64,000 bases of DNA, taken from NCBI GenBank assembly GCA_963744145.1, contig CAVUSO010000001.1, forward strand, positions 5,664,001 through 5,728,000, given 5' to 3'. The notes under the pieces are model-generated. The model searched no databases and was not told where the DNA came from. It saw only the letters and a list, made by a program, of their open reading frames with translations. Positions 43,679 to 55,074 of this stretch are shown one piece after another. Origin of the DNA: an uncultured cyanobacterium. Lineage in GTDB: Bacteria; Cyanobacteriota; Cyanobacteriia; Cyanobacteriales; CAWUOF01. The first letter of the stretch is position 1. Each line of letters starts with the position of its first letter. A program made the translations under genes and the position numbers.

Positions 43679-43711
43679 ATTTATGCCCGTACCTTTAGTG
43701 ACTTTCAAAAA

Positions 43712-43936
43712 ATGCCCAAAAAAATTGGAGAATTAAAACGAATATTACAGAAAGCGGGATTTACGCTCTTACCCAAACGAGGTAAAGGTAGCCATTCTTA
43801 CTGGATTCATCCTCTTTTACCTAAACCCGTTGTCCTTTCTGGTAAAGATAGCAAAGATGCAAAACCTTATCAGGAAAAGGATATAATAGCAATCATCAAA
43901 GAACTCGAACAGTTAGAAGCAGATGATGAACCATGA
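43712..43936 (+). CDS. hicA: HicA family toxin
   Basis: AGF...GKGSH..W.HP motif. Confidence 0.85.
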   Translation: MPKKIGELKRILQKAGFTLLPKRGKGSHSYWIHPLLPKPVVLSGKDSKDAKPYQEKDIIAIIKELEQLEADDEP

Positions 43937-44139
43937 AATATAGTATTTTGATTCAGTGGTCTGAAGAAGATCAGGTTTACATTGCTAGTTTACCTGAATG
44001 GGGAGAATATGCCCGGACTCATGGTGAAAGCTATGAAGAAGCACTCTTAAATGCTAAGGAAATTTTAGAAGATTTAGTGTATGGCTATGAGCAAATAGGG
44101 AAACTATTACCAGAACACCAAACATTCCAGGTTATTTAA
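43933..44139 (+). CDS. hicB: HicB family antitoxin (short)
   Basis: YSILIQWSEED..Y...LPE....THGESYEEAL. Confidence 0.85.
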   Translation: MKYSILIQWSEEDQVYIASLPEWGEYARTHGESYEEALLNAKEILEDLVYGYEQIGKLLPEHQTFQVI

Positions 44140-44210
44140 ACATTCATTCAGGTATCTCTGTGGAAAGAATCGTAGGTATTGCTTCTCTACCCATCTCCAA
44201 AAAAAAAATC

Positions 44211-44567
44211 CTAATCTTCCCTCATTTCCTGTACCAACAATTCCTTTAATAGCGGTACAAGAGGAGGTAGATCCTCAGAAATAGTTCTCCAAAGCCGATC
44301 CAAATTGACTTGAAAGTATTCATGAGCTACCACATTTCTCATGTCACCCATCAAACGCTAAGGAATCTCTGGATAGCGAGATTGAATAGTATGAGGAACA
44401 TTGACGGCAGCTTCGCCAATAATAATAAAGTTGTAAAGAAGCCCTTGCAATATGAGTTCTTCTATCTTCTCAAAGTCGGTAAAATTTATCCCACCAGTAG
44501 TTTTTTGAATGCGAGCGATAGCATCCAAAATATCCTGAATCCGAAGTTGCCATTTTCTAGAGGGCAC
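44211..44567 (-). pseudogene. HepT/DUF86 HEPN ribonuclease toxin with an in-frame amber stop at 44358-44360
   Basis: ...YPEIP*RLMGDMRNVVAHEYF...; the RX4H motif lies downstream of the TAG. Confidence 0.85.
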
Positions 44568-44862
44568 GAATCGTCTCCTTGAGAACAGGTTCCCGCAAAT
44601 GTTCCCTCAACGCATCCTCAGTGCCCAAATCTACGGCACATCCCAAAAGATCCTCTAAATAGTGTTTTACCCTAAACAGTTGAAATAGCCCTCCCGGTTG
44701 AGTAAACTCGACTAAAAAGTCTACATCACTATCCGGTCGCGCTTCATCCCGCGCCACTGAACCAAACAAATCTAAAGACTTTACCCCCAAGTCTGTTAAT
44801 TTATCCTTGTGGGCTGCTAAAATTGCTAGGACATCTTTCCGTTTCATTACCACTTCTACCAA
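44557..44862 (-). CDS. MNT (minimal nucleotidyltransferase) antitoxin
   Basis: LFGSVARDEA..DSDVDFLV. Confidence 0.9.
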   Translation of the reverse strand: MVEVVMKRKDVLAILAAHKDKLTDLGVKSLDLFGSVARDEARPDSDVDFLVEFTQPGGLFQLFRVKHYLEDLLGCAVDLGTEDALREHLREPVLKETIRAL

Positions 44863-44877
44863 TCCTTTACTTAGATT

Positions 44878-45519
44878 TTAACACAGTGCTTCCCCAGGTT
44901 CAATTACATTTGGTGATCTACCTTCGAGTTGTCCGCCACCAATAAAAAATTTTAAAATATCAAAAACCTGTTTAGGTGTTAACTTTAATTCAGGCAAAAG
45001 TAAAGACTTGATTTCCTGTTCACCTGTAAATTCTGTCACTTCATAAAAACCAGAAACTAATAACAAAATCGAGATTTTCTCAGTTTCTGGATCAATAATC
45101 CAATATTCAGGAATTTCTCTAACCGCATATTCAGAACGCTTATAACGGTAGTCATCATCAGCATTACCCGGATTAACAATTTCTACAGCTAAAAGAGGAG
45201 GTGTTTCCAAAACAGCAGTAGACATTTTTCGGATCTCTTGACATTGACTTTCTGATATGATGACTAAATCAGGAATTCTTGATTTATTTTTAGCAGTTCT
45301 TACTCCTACTGTCCCAGGCATCACTTTCCACGGCTGTTTAAGGTGGCCAATTTCTTGTTCTAAAATTGTAAAGATCAAATGTAGAATCAAAGCATGAAAA
45401 CCACTAGCAGTAGGCATAAGTTGTAATTTTCCATTCACTAACTCATATTTGTTGTCAGTGCGATCGTCATAAACTAGATATTCTTCAAAAGAATAAGTGG
45501 TAGTTAGTAATTGAACCAT
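44878..45519 (-). CDS. Uma2 family endonuclease
   Basis: YELVNG, RIPDL, DYRYKRSEY, IPEYWIIDP. Confidence 0.9.
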   Translation of the reverse strand: MVQLLTTTYSFEEYLVYDDRTDNKYELVNGKLQLMPTASGFHALILHLIFTILEQEIGHLKQPWKVMPGTVGVRTAKNKSRIPDLVIISESQCQEIRKMSTAVLETPPLLAVEIVNPGNADDDYRYKRSEYAVREIPEYWIIDPETEKISILLLVSGFYEVTEFTGEQEIKSLLLPELKLTPKQVFDILKFFIGGGQLEGRSPNVIEPGEALC

Positions 45520-45677
45520 TTTTTGATTTACTCCTAATTTTTTGAGGTGAGTGCTACCGATAATTGCTCGACAAAATCTTCATCCTAGTTTGATCTTCTT
45601 CACTGCCGCTCCTGGGATCATAAAGAAGTATGATCAGACAAAGCTGTCAGCCAGGATCATTTTTAAATTTTTGTGCT

Positions 45678-46328
45678 ATGACTATCCAACTGCGTGTATA
45701 TGTTCCACCTCATCCTTTAATTCAACACTGGTTAGCCGTGGCCCGCGATGAAACGACACCCTCTGTCTTATTTCGTAGTGCCATGACTGAATTGGGACGA
45801 TGGTTAACCTATGAAGCTACCCGAGAATGGTTACCAACCATTGAGACAACGGTACAAACTCCTTTAGCTGTCTGTCCCGCGACTGTGATTAATCCAGAAG
45901 TACCCGTGGTAGTAATCCCAATTTTGCGGGCTGGATTAGCATTGTTAGAAGGTGCCCAGACCTTGTTACCTCTAGCATCCATTTATCATCTAGGGTTAGT
46001 GCGGAATGAAGAAACTTTAGTCGCAAGCTGCTACTTAAATAAATTACCAGCCAGTTTTGCTCCCCAAACCAGGGTGCTAATCAGTGAACCAATGTTGGCA
46101 ACTGGAGGTACAATTATGTCAGCAATGGCAGAGTTAACTCAGCGCGGAGCTGACCCGGCTCTGATTCGGATTATTTCTGTAGTCGCAGCTCCCCCAGCTT
46201 TGCAAAAACTCAGTGTGGCTTATCCCGACTTACATATCTACACTGCTACCATAGATGAGGGGATTAATAGTAAAGGATTTATTGTGCCTGGGTTAGGAGA
46301 TGCAGGCGATCGCACTTTTGGGACTTGA
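45678..46328 (+). CDS. upp: Uracil phosphoribosyltransferase
   Basis: HPLI, PILRAG, PMLATGG, IVPGLGDAGDR. Confidence 0.95.
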   Translation: MTIQLRVYVPPHPLIQHWLAVARDETTPSVLFRSAMTELGRWLTYEATREWLPTIETTVQTPLAVCPATVINPEVPVVVIPILRAGLALLEGAQTLLPLASIYHLGLVRNEETLVASCYLNKLPASFAPQTRVLISEPMLATGGTIMSAMAELTQRGADPALIRIISVVAAPPALQKLSVAYPDLHIYTATIDEGINSKGFIVPGLGDAGDRTFGT

Positions 46329-46331
46329 AAC

Positions 46332-46670
46332 ATGAGTAATCGAGATAGTTTTGTTGGTGGATTTCTCGCGGGAGCTGTAGTCGGTGGTGTGATTGGTGGA
46401 CTGTTAGGAGTTCTGCTCGCTCGCCAAACCGAAGAGTCAGCAGCGACTGAAGAGCCCTTGCTCAATGCTAATCGCGCTGAAGCTAAATCCATTAAAGGGA
46501 CGAAAAAACGTCAGATCAAAGAAGATACGATTGAAACAGCAAGACGCAGTTTAGAAGAAAAGATTGCTCAATTAAATGAGACGATCGATGATGTCAGGCT
46601 GCAAATTGGTAATGTTAATGGTGCTAACCAAGGATTAGAAAGTGAGCGATCGCTAACCGACGAAACTTAA
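46332..46670 (+). CDS. Conserved membrane-anchored hypothetical protein
   Basis: GFLAGAVVGGVIGG anchor; IETARRSLEEKIAQLN coiled coil. Confidence 0.7.
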   Translation: MSNRDSFVGGFLAGAVVGGVIGGLLGVLLARQTEESAATEEPLLNANRAEAKSIKGTKKRQIKEDTIETARRSLEEKIAQLNETIDDVRLQIGNVNGANQGLESERSLTDET

Positions 46671-46777
46671 CGTCAATTTTGGCGATCGGGTCAGACACTC
46701 CAAATTAGAGCAGATGGATTAAACTAAGGGAAATGCTTTCGAGCATAGCTGAGTTGCAAAAGAAGTCGATAAAGCCT

Positions 46778-47056
46778 ATGAGTCCCGTTGAGCTATTACT
46801 TAATACCCTGATTACATCTGTTGAAATCTATTCGGTGTTGCTGATTCTGCGCTTTCTGTTAAGTTGGTTCCCGAATATCAATTGGTTTGATCCACCTTTT
46901 TCTATTCTCAGCCAATTAACCGATCCTTACATCAATCTCTTTCGGGCCCTGATTCCCCCGATGGGTGGAATTGACTTTATTGGTCCCACCCTAGCTCTGG
47001 TTCTGCTCCAAGTATTAATGAACATTCTCGCTAGTCTCCGACATACCCTTGCTTAA
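46778..47056 (+). CDS. YggT/Ycf19 family membrane protein
   Basis: LSWFPN, LTDPY, IPPMGGID. Confidence 0.9.
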   Translation: MSPVELLLNTLITSVEIYSVLLILRFLLSWFPNINWFDPPFSILSQLTDPYINLFRALIPPMGGIDFIGPTLALVLLQVLMNILASLRHTLA

Positions 47057-47067
47057 ATAGCCAAAGA

Positions 47068-47526
47068 TTAGCGTCGAACTGTACCAGTAAATCCCGCAGC
47101 TTTAAATTGCTGAAGTTGTAAAGGAGTGGGTTGATTAGCGGGAACGGAAATTCTCAGATCAAAATTACCTACTCCAATGGGTATTTCATCGATAGAACCC
47201 AAGCGAGTGCGGTTTTCCATGACTGAGTTACCATAAGCATCATAAATTCGACCAAAAATATCAGCGTTGACTACTGGTTTACCTGAATTATTTTCAGTCT
47301 TGCCTGTGATGATAAAACAATTAGCAGCACGGGTAGTACCATTACTGGTAACTGTACCTGCGGCTACTTCGGCGGGACAATCGTGATAAGTCAGGTCGAA
47401 TAGTTTAATCTGGACTAATGCCCAAGCATTCGGGGTGAAGATCCAAGTGATGATTGTGATCAGAAATGAGAGGATGATGACAGCAAAGGTTCGCGATCGC
47501 ATGAATTTTTCCTGGCTTGACTTCAT
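47068..47526 (-). CDS. Conserved exported hypothetical protein
   Basis: Signal-like N-terminus; NADIFGRIYDA. Confidence 0.65.
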   Translation of the reverse strand: MKSSQEKFMRSRTFAVIILSFLITIITWIFTPNAWALVQIKLFDLTYHDCPAEVAAGTVTSNGTTRAANCFIITGKTENNSGKPVVNADIFGRIYDAYGNSVMENRTRLGSIDEIPIGVGNFDLRISVPANQPTPLQLQQFKAAGFTGTVRR

Positions 47527-47559
47527 CTTTCAGCTTAACTTGAATTTGTCAGAGCAATT

Positions 47560-48429
47560 TTAGGATCTATTTAACTGCTCCTGTAAAGCTTGACGCATAA
47601 TATCGATGGGGACAGGTTGGTTGAGCCACATTTGTAAAGCAGTAGCTCCCTGTTGCACTAACATTTCTTTTCCATCGATCGCGATCGCACCCTGGGCACT
47701 AGCTAGTTGCAAAAATTGGGTCGGACTCGGACGATAAATTAGATCATAGACGATCGCACCTGGAGTTATTTTACCTATTATTGTCCGACTGATTGGACTA
47801 TCGTCAATTTGAGGATACATCCCGATGGGTGTAGTATTGACAATTAACAAACTTTGTGATATAAGCTCTGGTAATTTTTCCCAGAGATGAATATGGAGGT
47901 AAATTTTTTGGGGTGAATTTAACCAACTATGCTGAAATATGACTAAATGATCAAGATTACGTCCAATCAGATGAATTTCCCCACAGTTAAGTTGGACTAA
48001 TCCAGCAACTACAGCACGAGCAGCACCACCATTACCTAAAATTAAAGCGATCGTTTGACTCCAATCACGCGGATCAGTCTGTAATGGAGCAAGAAAACCG
48101 GTCACATCAGTATTAGTACCGCTCCAACCGCTTTCTGTTCTCCACACCGTATTGACTGCTCCGACTGCTTGAGCGATCGGGGAAACTTCCTGAAGTAAAG
48201 GAATAATTGCTTGTTTGTGGGGAATGGTAACATTAAATCCTACCAGTCCAATGGCGGTAAAACCAGCCAGTGCTACCTGTAAATCTGTAGATTTCACGGG
48301 TAAAGGTAAATAAACATAATCCAATCCTAAAGCTCTCAGTGCTGCATTATGGATTACTGGAGACAGTGAATGGGTAACTGGATCACCGATTACCCCTAAT
48401 AATTTAGTTTTACCTGTAATGACGTACAT
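47560..48429 (-). CDS. aroE: Shikimate dehydrogenase
   Basis: HSLSP, NVTIPHK, GAVNT, NTD, GNGGAARA. Confidence 0.95.
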   Translation of the reverse strand: MYVITGKTKLLGVIGDPVTHSLSPVIHNAALRALGLDYVYLPLPVKSTDLQVALAGFTAIGLVGFNVTIPHKQAIIPLLQEVSPIAQAVGAVNTVWRTESGWSGTNTDVTGFLAPLQTDPRDWSQTIALILGNGGAARAVVAGLVQLNCGEIHLIGRNLDHLVIFQHSWLNSPQKIYLHIHLWEKLPELISQSLLIVNTTPIGMYPQIDDSPISRTIIGKITPGAIVYDLIYRPSPTQFLQLASAQGAIAIDGKEMLVQQGATALQMWLNQPVPIDIMRQALQEQLNRS

Positions 48430-48944
48430 TAATTTTTCCTTTGGGAATGTTCTAGCAATTCGACTCGTTTAGCTGTAAAGGTAAGGGACTGATTAGCGGG
48501 ATTAAAATCGAGGTTACCCTGTAAGTTATGGTTGGCTAAACTAGCTTTAAGCTTGATATTTTGAATTTCATTAGGATCAGATTGATCAGAGAATTGACCA
48601 CATAGTTTTCGATGAGAAACCTGACCGACTAAATTTAATTCTTGATGTTGCCATTTTCCCCATAAAAAAGGTTTTTCTCTGGATGGGTTAATGTTATCCT
48701 CAGTTGCTAATAAAGAGCCACTTAAATAAATTCCAGATTGTTGGATCATTAAAGTCATTGTTTGACTCTTAGGACAGAGTTGTAAATTATTCAGTAAATA
48801 ATTTCCACTGATTGGGGGAGGAGCTTCCAGATGATTTTCACCATAATTAGTCACAATTTTAAATAAAATTAACACAAAAATAATCGAAAATACATAAAAC
48901 GATAGAGTCTTGAAGCGAAGATTTTTTAACATACTAGCTCCCAC
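48429..48944 (-). CDS. Hypothetical membrane-anchored protein
   Basis: N-terminal TM segment; lies between the antiporter and aroE. Confidence 0.6.
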   Translation of the reverse strand: MGASMLKNLRFKTLSFYVFSIIFVLILFKIVTNYGENHLEAPPPISGNYLLNNLQLCPKSQTMTLMIQQSGIYLSGSLLATEDNINPSREKPFLWGKWQHQELNLVGQVSHRKLCGQFSDQSDPNEIQNIKLKASLANHNLQGNLDFNPANQSLTFTAKRVELLEHSQRKN

Positions 48945-48992
48945 GGATAATTTAAGTATATAGCCAATTCTTGGACATGAAAAAAAATTTAG

Positions 48993-51192
48993 CTAAATTT
49001 CCACTTGATCATGTTGACGAGAAAGCAGGGAAGCTAGGTGAGAAGTAACTTGAGAATAGCGACGGGTAATTAGGAGAGAAGACTGACATTTACTCGCTAA
49101 TTCATCGGTGTAACGTCCCAAAGTTTGACGTTCAATTCCCCAAGCACGGCTAGTACCAGCAATGGTAAGATCAACATGAGCTGAAGCTGTAACCACAGTT
49201 TGAATTGGTTCTGCTGCTTCGACTAAACTGATTTCAATCCGCGATCGCAATTTTTCCGGTAATTGTTCCATCAGGACTCGAAACTCATAACTTAAGTCAG
49301 GAGGAGCTGCTAAATCCTGGACAATTCGGAGTACAGTTAGCTGACGAGTATCACTATTAACTAAAAGTCGGATTGCTAGCTCTAATGCCAAATCATCATG
49401 AATATTAGCAGAGTAAGGCACTAATAAAGATTCAAGCTGATATTTTTCTCTACCGACAAAGACAGCTACATCGACTGGTGCAGAAGAGAGAATTTGACCA
49501 ACTCTTCCACCTAAACGATTATGGCTAAAAGCTGGACGGTGCCAACCTACTAGAATTAAATTAGCTAAGTCAAGTTGAGCAATTTGGACAGTTTCTTGGG
49601 CAACATCATTAGAAATACGAATAATTGGATTGATATAAGCACAACTTTCTGGGGATGCAAGACTTTGAATTAATTCTTGGATATGCACCCGACGCTCTTC
49701 GATTAATCGAGCTGCTTCAACAGGGGTACTTTGAAATAGATAATCTTCCTCTAATTCAATTAAACTCAAGGGATAAACAGCAGACCGTTTGTAAACGATT
49801 ACCCGCGATCGCCACCGCTAGCTCCATTAATTCTTTTTGGGTACTAGGATTAGCGATCGGGACGAGAATGCGATAAGAGGGAGCAATTATTTCTGACTCA
49901 GCTGACTCTGATGCGGGAGTTGCGGAAACAAGAGATTCTTGACTGTGAATGGAAGCTAAAGCATCAGCTTGAATTAATTTTTTCGGATAAGTCCACTCTA
50001 ATAGTGGGGAAGTCATAAATGTGGTGACTAAAGCCATAATTACTAGCATGGTAAATAGCAACGGTGAAATCACCCCCAAACTCAGACCAATATTCAGGAC
50101 AATTAATTCAGTTAATCCCCGAGTATTCATTAACCAACCTAGAGCAGCTGCTTCTCGATTTTCGATTCCAGAAATTCGAGCTGCTCCATAAGTACCGACA
50201 TATTTACCAATAATTGCTACTGCGACAACCATCACACAAAGTAACCAGAGTTCGGGACGGTTGAGTAAACCAATTTCTGTGCGTAAACCACTATAAGCAA
50301 AAAAGACCGGTAGGAGAAACGTGAGTACAAAATCTTCCGTTTTTTGTGCTATTTCTCTAACTAGACCAGGGTTTTTTGGCAATACGGCACCAAGCAAAAA
50401 TGCCCCAAAAATTAGGTGAATACCGATCCATTCGGTGATGAGAGCAGAAATTACTACTCCCATATAAATACCGGCTAAAACAAATTGAGTAAGTCTACCT
50501 GTGCGATTATAGTGAGTAGAAAGTCGTTTGAGTAACCAACGTCCTGCTGTTGCCATGATGGCAATGTAAATTATTGAATAGATAATGGTGGGGATAGCTT
50601 GAACTATGCTATTAGTCCGGGTCACCGCGATCGCTAGCGCAAGTAAGCACCATGCGGTGACATCATCGACAGCAGCACAGCTGAGAGCTAATGTACCTAA
50701 GCGACTATTTTGCAGGTTATTTTCTGTGATAATTCTGGCTAGAACTGGAAAAGCAGTGATTGACATGGCTGCACCTAAAAATAAAGCAAAAGCCAGAAAG
50801 GAAACACTAGAATTAGAAACGAGTGGGTAGAGGATCAGAGCTAATAAACTACCTAAGGAGAAAGGTACTAAAATGCTGACATGGGACGTTAAAATTGCTA
50901 CTTCAATCTGACCACTGAGATATTTTGGATCAAGTTCTAATCCAATTAAAAACATGAAAAAAATTAACCCAATCTGAGACAAGACATTCAGAAAAGGGAT
51001 AGTTTCTACAGGAAATAACCCAGCAGACCATTCTGGAGCAATTAAACCGAATAAAGATGGTCCGAGCATGATTCCTGCGACGATCTCCCCAATCACTAGG
51101 GGTTGCTTAATCCAGCGAAAACCTAAACCGACCAGTCGAGACAACCCAATCACGATCAGCACTTGAACCAATACTCTCACGACTATTTCCAT
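48993..51192 (-). pseudogene. Cation:proton antiporter (CPA2) with USP-like C-terminus, split by a frameshift near 49790
   Basis: SITAFPVLARI, DD, MNTRGL in 49756..51192; the other frame reads RSAVYPLSLIELEEDY and continues as 48993..49769. Confidence 0.8.
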
Positions 51193-51461
51193 AATTTCCT
51201 CTTGGGGGATGTGGGGGAGTGCAGAGCGATCGCTGGTATTAGTTTACCTGTTCCTGCTCACAACCCAGCTCTTTCTTTGATTTTGAGCAAAAATACTACC
51301 ACCAATATTAACTATTTTCAATTGCTGCAATTACTCTTTAATCTTTATCCATTTAAGCACAGAAGGGGCAGTCTGATCACTGCCCCTTCTATGATAAGTA
51401 AATAGCACACCTGAATTTATCCAAATATGTAGTTGATTTGACATTAATTAAGTTTGATTGA

Positions 51462-51920
51462 TCACAATGTCATTTGACACATTAATCGATTCCGGTTGGT
51501 TAAAGTTACTGAATCATCTGGCTGAATTTCTAGAGCTTGATTATAGACATCTAGTGCTTCTTTTTTCCGATTTAATTGGGTGAGAGCGAATCCTTTTCCG
51601 TTTAAAGCTGCTAATTTAGCCACTACATTTGGCTGGAATTTTGTGACTTCTTCAAATGATGTAACTGCTTCTTGAAACCTGCCCATTTGACACATTGCTA
51701 TCCCTCGTAATAACCAAGCTTCCCATAATTTTTTAGATTCTTGAATTGCTTGGTCATAAGCAATTATTGCCTCGTTACATTTCTCTGCACTGAAATGTAA
51801 GATTATCCCTTGTTTAAAGCTATTTTCTGCTTTTAAACTTTGTTTCAACTGCTGAACATTAATGCCAAATATATTACATATAGTAACGAGACGGTCGGAA
51901 ATTTTAATTGTCTGCACCAT
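51462..51920 (-). CDS. TPR repeat protein
   Basis: TPR-like A..AY..A, W..RG, KG.AL..L motifs. Confidence 0.8.
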   Translation of the reverse strand: MVQTIKISDRLVTICNIFGINVQQLKQSLKAENSFKQGIILHFSAEKCNEAIIAYDQAIQESKKLWEAWLLRGIAMCQMGRFQEAVTSFEEVTKFQPNVVAKLAALNGKGFALTQLNRKKEALDVYNQALEIQPDDSVTLTNRNRLMCQMTL

Positions 51921-52236
51921 AGATTTTTCCTCATGTAAATACCCTGGTTACTCCTCTTTTTCAATCATAGCTTTAGCTATCCAGCGAAAGTATTTTTTTT
52001 GGAAAGCTTTATGCTTTTTTTACTAATTCTTTAACTTTCCCTGTAATTTTCGCTCAGAAATTGGGTATGAGTGATAATTTTTTTTATAATTCATCATCAA
52101 AAAAAAAGCAAGGGAATATTTACGGAATTTTGAATTACCATGTCCTTATTTACATTTCTTTATATTGAAGTGATATTTTTACGGAAAGACCCGATCGCTC
52201 ACCTCATTCAACTCTAATCTAGAAATTTTCATCTGG

Positions 52237-52899
52237 TTATTTTTGATGGGATGCTAATCGATCAGCTAAACGAGTTGTTTCGGGAAGTCTATATTTTGGG
52301 GTACAACTAATAACATAATTTATGGCAGTTGTCAAGCTAATGCGATGACCACTAGAGACATAAATGGGTTTAACTCCCATTCGAGTTCGCAAAACTGCAC
52401 CAATTGTCTCACCTTGATCTTGCATTGGTTGCCAATCACCTCGATGATTTCCGACCTGATCATATTTACCAATTAACCAAGACTTAGCTACTCCAATGGT
52501 GGGGACATCTGCTAACAGACCAAGGTGACAAGCAATCCCAAAACGACTGGGATGGGCAATTCCCTGACCATCACATAAAATTAAATTAGGAATAGTTGAA
52601 AGTTTGGCTAAAGCATCAAGCACTGCAGGTGCTTCGCGAAAAGAAAGAAAACCAGGAATGTAAGGAAAAGTTGTGGGACGATAAGCGATCGCCCGATCTA
52701 CTAATTGTAAATCAGGAAAACTTAATACTACCACAGCAGCTTTAGCCACATCAGGAGTTTCATAGCCCACATCAACTCCAGCTACATATTCTACTGTTTC
52801 TAGTTGATCGGAGATAATTACTTCATGGGCTAGTTCTTGTTGGATCGCGATCGCTGCGGTAACCGTAGTGGGCCAAGAGTGCCGAGGGTGAATTCTCAT
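52237..52899 (-). CDS. nfi: Endonuclease V
   Basis: [37 protein letters not shown]. Confidence 0.95.
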   Translation of the reverse strand: MRIHPRHSWPTTVTAAIAIQQELAHEVIISDQLETVEYVAGVDVGYETPDVAKAAVVVLSFPDLQLVDRAIAYRPTTFPYIPGFLSFREAPAVLDALAKLSTIPNLILCDGQGIAHPSRFGIACHLGLLADVPTIGVAKSWLIGKYDQVGNHRGDWQPMQDQGETIGAVLRTRMGVKPIYVSSGHRISLTTAINYVISCTPKYRLPETTRLADRLASHQK

Positions 52900-53170
52900 A
52901 CTTTTAACTTATCAATTGCATCAAAATTCAGTTAATTGCGTTGTTTTTTCCTACTACCCCTAAGGAGCCAAAAATATCCTAATCTGGATTAGACATAGAT
53001 GACATGGGGGGGTATAAAATAATATCAGATAAATTTTGGTAAGATGTACTCAAATGATCACAAATTTCCATTGGGGGGCAGCTCTGGCTCAACAAAGATC
53101 CAGCATTTTCCTATTTGATCAATGTCCTGAACAATGAACGATAACTACTCATCCCTCGAGGTAACAATCA

Positions 53171-53995
53171 ATGATCACGACTGATAACTTGAAAATAGGA
53201 CTTTATGCTACGGGAGGCATGATCTTAATCCTGACTGCAATTATTTTCAAACCATTCGTAATTGTTAATGCGGGGGAACGGGGCGTTATTATGCGCTTTG
53301 GTAAAGTTGAGAATCAAGTCTTAGATGAAGGAATTCATCCGATTATTCCCATCGTTACTTCGGTAAAAACCCTGAGTGTCCGTGTCCAAAAAACTGATAT
53401 TAAAGGAGAAGCAGCTTCTAAAGATTTACAACAAATCACCGCAGAGTTAGTTCTGAATTGGCATATTGATCCGAGCCAAGCTAATAAAGTTTACCAAACA
53501 ATTGGTGATGAGGAACAAATTATTAACGGAATTATCTCTCCCGCGATTATAGAAGTGCTAAAAGCATCAATGGCCAAAAAAACTGCGGAAGAGATTATTA
53601 CTAAAAGAACTGAGTTAAAAGATGAAATTGATGATTTTCTCAAAAACCGTCTGAAAAATTATGGGCTGATAGTTGATGATGTATCTTTAGTTAACTTTGC
53701 TTTTTCTCCAGAATTTACCAAAGCGATCGAAGCGAAACAAATTGCGGAACAACAAGCCAAACAAGCAGAGTTTACAGCCCTAAAAGCTGCTAAAGATGCC
53801 CAAGCTACAATTAATACGGCTAAAGGTCAAGCCGAAGCCCAAAAATTGCAACGTTTGACTTTAACTTCAGAACTATTGCAACAGCAAGCAATAGAAAAAT
53901 GGGATGGTAAGTTTCCGATGGTGATGGGTAGTAATGGTGCGTTACCATTTATTAATATTAATCCTGATAATTTATCGTCATCACCAAAACAGTGA
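53171..53995 (+). CDS. Prohibitin/SPFH domain protein
   Basis: VNAGERGV, ASKDLQ, AIEAKQIAEQ, AIEKWDG. Confidence 0.92.
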   Translation: MITTDNLKIGLYATGGMILILTAIIFKPFVIVNAGERGVIMRFGKVENQVLDEGIHPIIPIVTSVKTLSVRVQKTDIKGEAASKDLQQITAELVLNWHIDPSQANKVYQTIGDEEQIINGIISPAIIEVLKASMAKKTAEEIITKRTELKDEIDDFLKNRLKNYGLIVDDVSLVNFAFSPEFTKAIEAKQIAEQQAKQAEFTALKAAKDAQATINTAKGQAEAQKLQRLTLTSELLQQQAIEKWDGKFPMVMGSNGALPFININPDNLSSSPKQ

Positions 53996-54051
53996 TGCCC
54001 CTGAAAAAACAGGTTTGCAGTTTACCTTAAGTAAAAAGAGATTAAATACCA

Positions 54052-54873
54052 ATGAAATTTGCCAATACACTGAATAAATCGCTTAGTATTTTTGCCATAG
54101 TAATTGTGGGGTTTTTACTGTTAGCAATCCTGTTTAATCCTTTTGTGATTGTCAATGCTGGGGAAAGAGGTGTCGTGATGAATTTTGGCAAAGTTTCTGA
54201 TCTAGTTTTAGATGAGGGACTACATCCAATCATTCCGATCGTCACAACGGTGAAAAAAATTAACGTCCGGGTTAAAAAAAATGATATCCTCGCTCAAGCA
54301 GCTTCTAAGGATTTGCAACAGATTCAAACTGATGTCGCAGTTAACTGGCACATCAATCCTTTGCAGGTCAATATGGTTTTTCAAAGGGTTGGAGATAGCG
54401 AGCAAATTGTGAATGGAATTATGACTCCAGCAGTTTCCGAAATTGTGAAAGCATCTGTCGCGAAGAAAACAGCTGAAGAAATTGTGACTAAAAGAACCGA
54501 TTTGAAAGCAGAAATAGATGATACTTTAAAGACTCGGTTGAATTCCTACGGGATTTTAGTTGATGATGTGTCTTTAGTTGATGTCACTTTTTCCATCGAG
54601 TTCAGTAAAGCGATCGAAGCTAAACAAATTGCTGAACAAGAAGCAAAACGAGCTGAGTTTGTAGCTTTAAAAGCCGAACAAGAAGCACAAGCAGATGTTA
54701 ATCGTGCTAAAGGTCAAGCTGAAGCCCAATTATTATTACGAGCTAACTTAACATCAGAAATTCTGCAAAAACAAGCGATCGATAAGTGGGATGGTCATTT
54801 TCCAATGGTAATGGGAGGTAATGGAGCTTTACCGTTTATTAATCTTCAACCCAACCAGGATTTAATCAAATAA
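54052..54873 (+). CDS. Prohibitin/SPFH domain protein (tandem paralog)
   Basis: Same motifs as the upstream gene. Confidence 0.92.
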   Translation: MKFANTLNKSLSIFAIVIVGFLLLAILFNPFVIVNAGERGVVMNFGKVSDLVLDEGLHPIIPIVTTVKKINVRVKKNDILAQAASKDLQQIQTDVAVNWHINPLQVNMVFQRVGDSEQIVNGIMTPAVSEIVKASVAKKTAEEIVTKRTDLKAEIDDTLKTRLNSYGILVDDVSLVDVTFSIEFSKAIEAKQIAEQEAKRAEFVALKAEQEAQADVNRAKGQAEAQLLLRANLTSEILQKQAIDKWDGHFPMVMGGNGALPFINLQPNQDLIK

Positions 54874-54895
54874 ATCTAATCGGTACTCTTAGGTA

Positions 54896-55063
54896 ATACC
54901 AATTTTTGATGAAGGTGCAGAGAATTGATCCCCCCAACCCCCTTATTAAGGGGGAGCAATCCCCCCAACCCCCTTAATAAGGGGGAGCATGAATTAAAAG
55001 TCCCCCTTTTTAAGGGGGATTTAGGGGGATCTAAATCTCTGCAACTTCACATTAAATTGGTAT
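54896..55063. repeat. MITE/REP-like element (ATACCAATTT termini; CCCCCCAACCCCCTT..AAGGGGG units)
   Basis: Terminal inverted repeats and repeated hairpins. Confidence 0.8.
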
Positions 55064-55074
55064 AAGAGCTTAAT

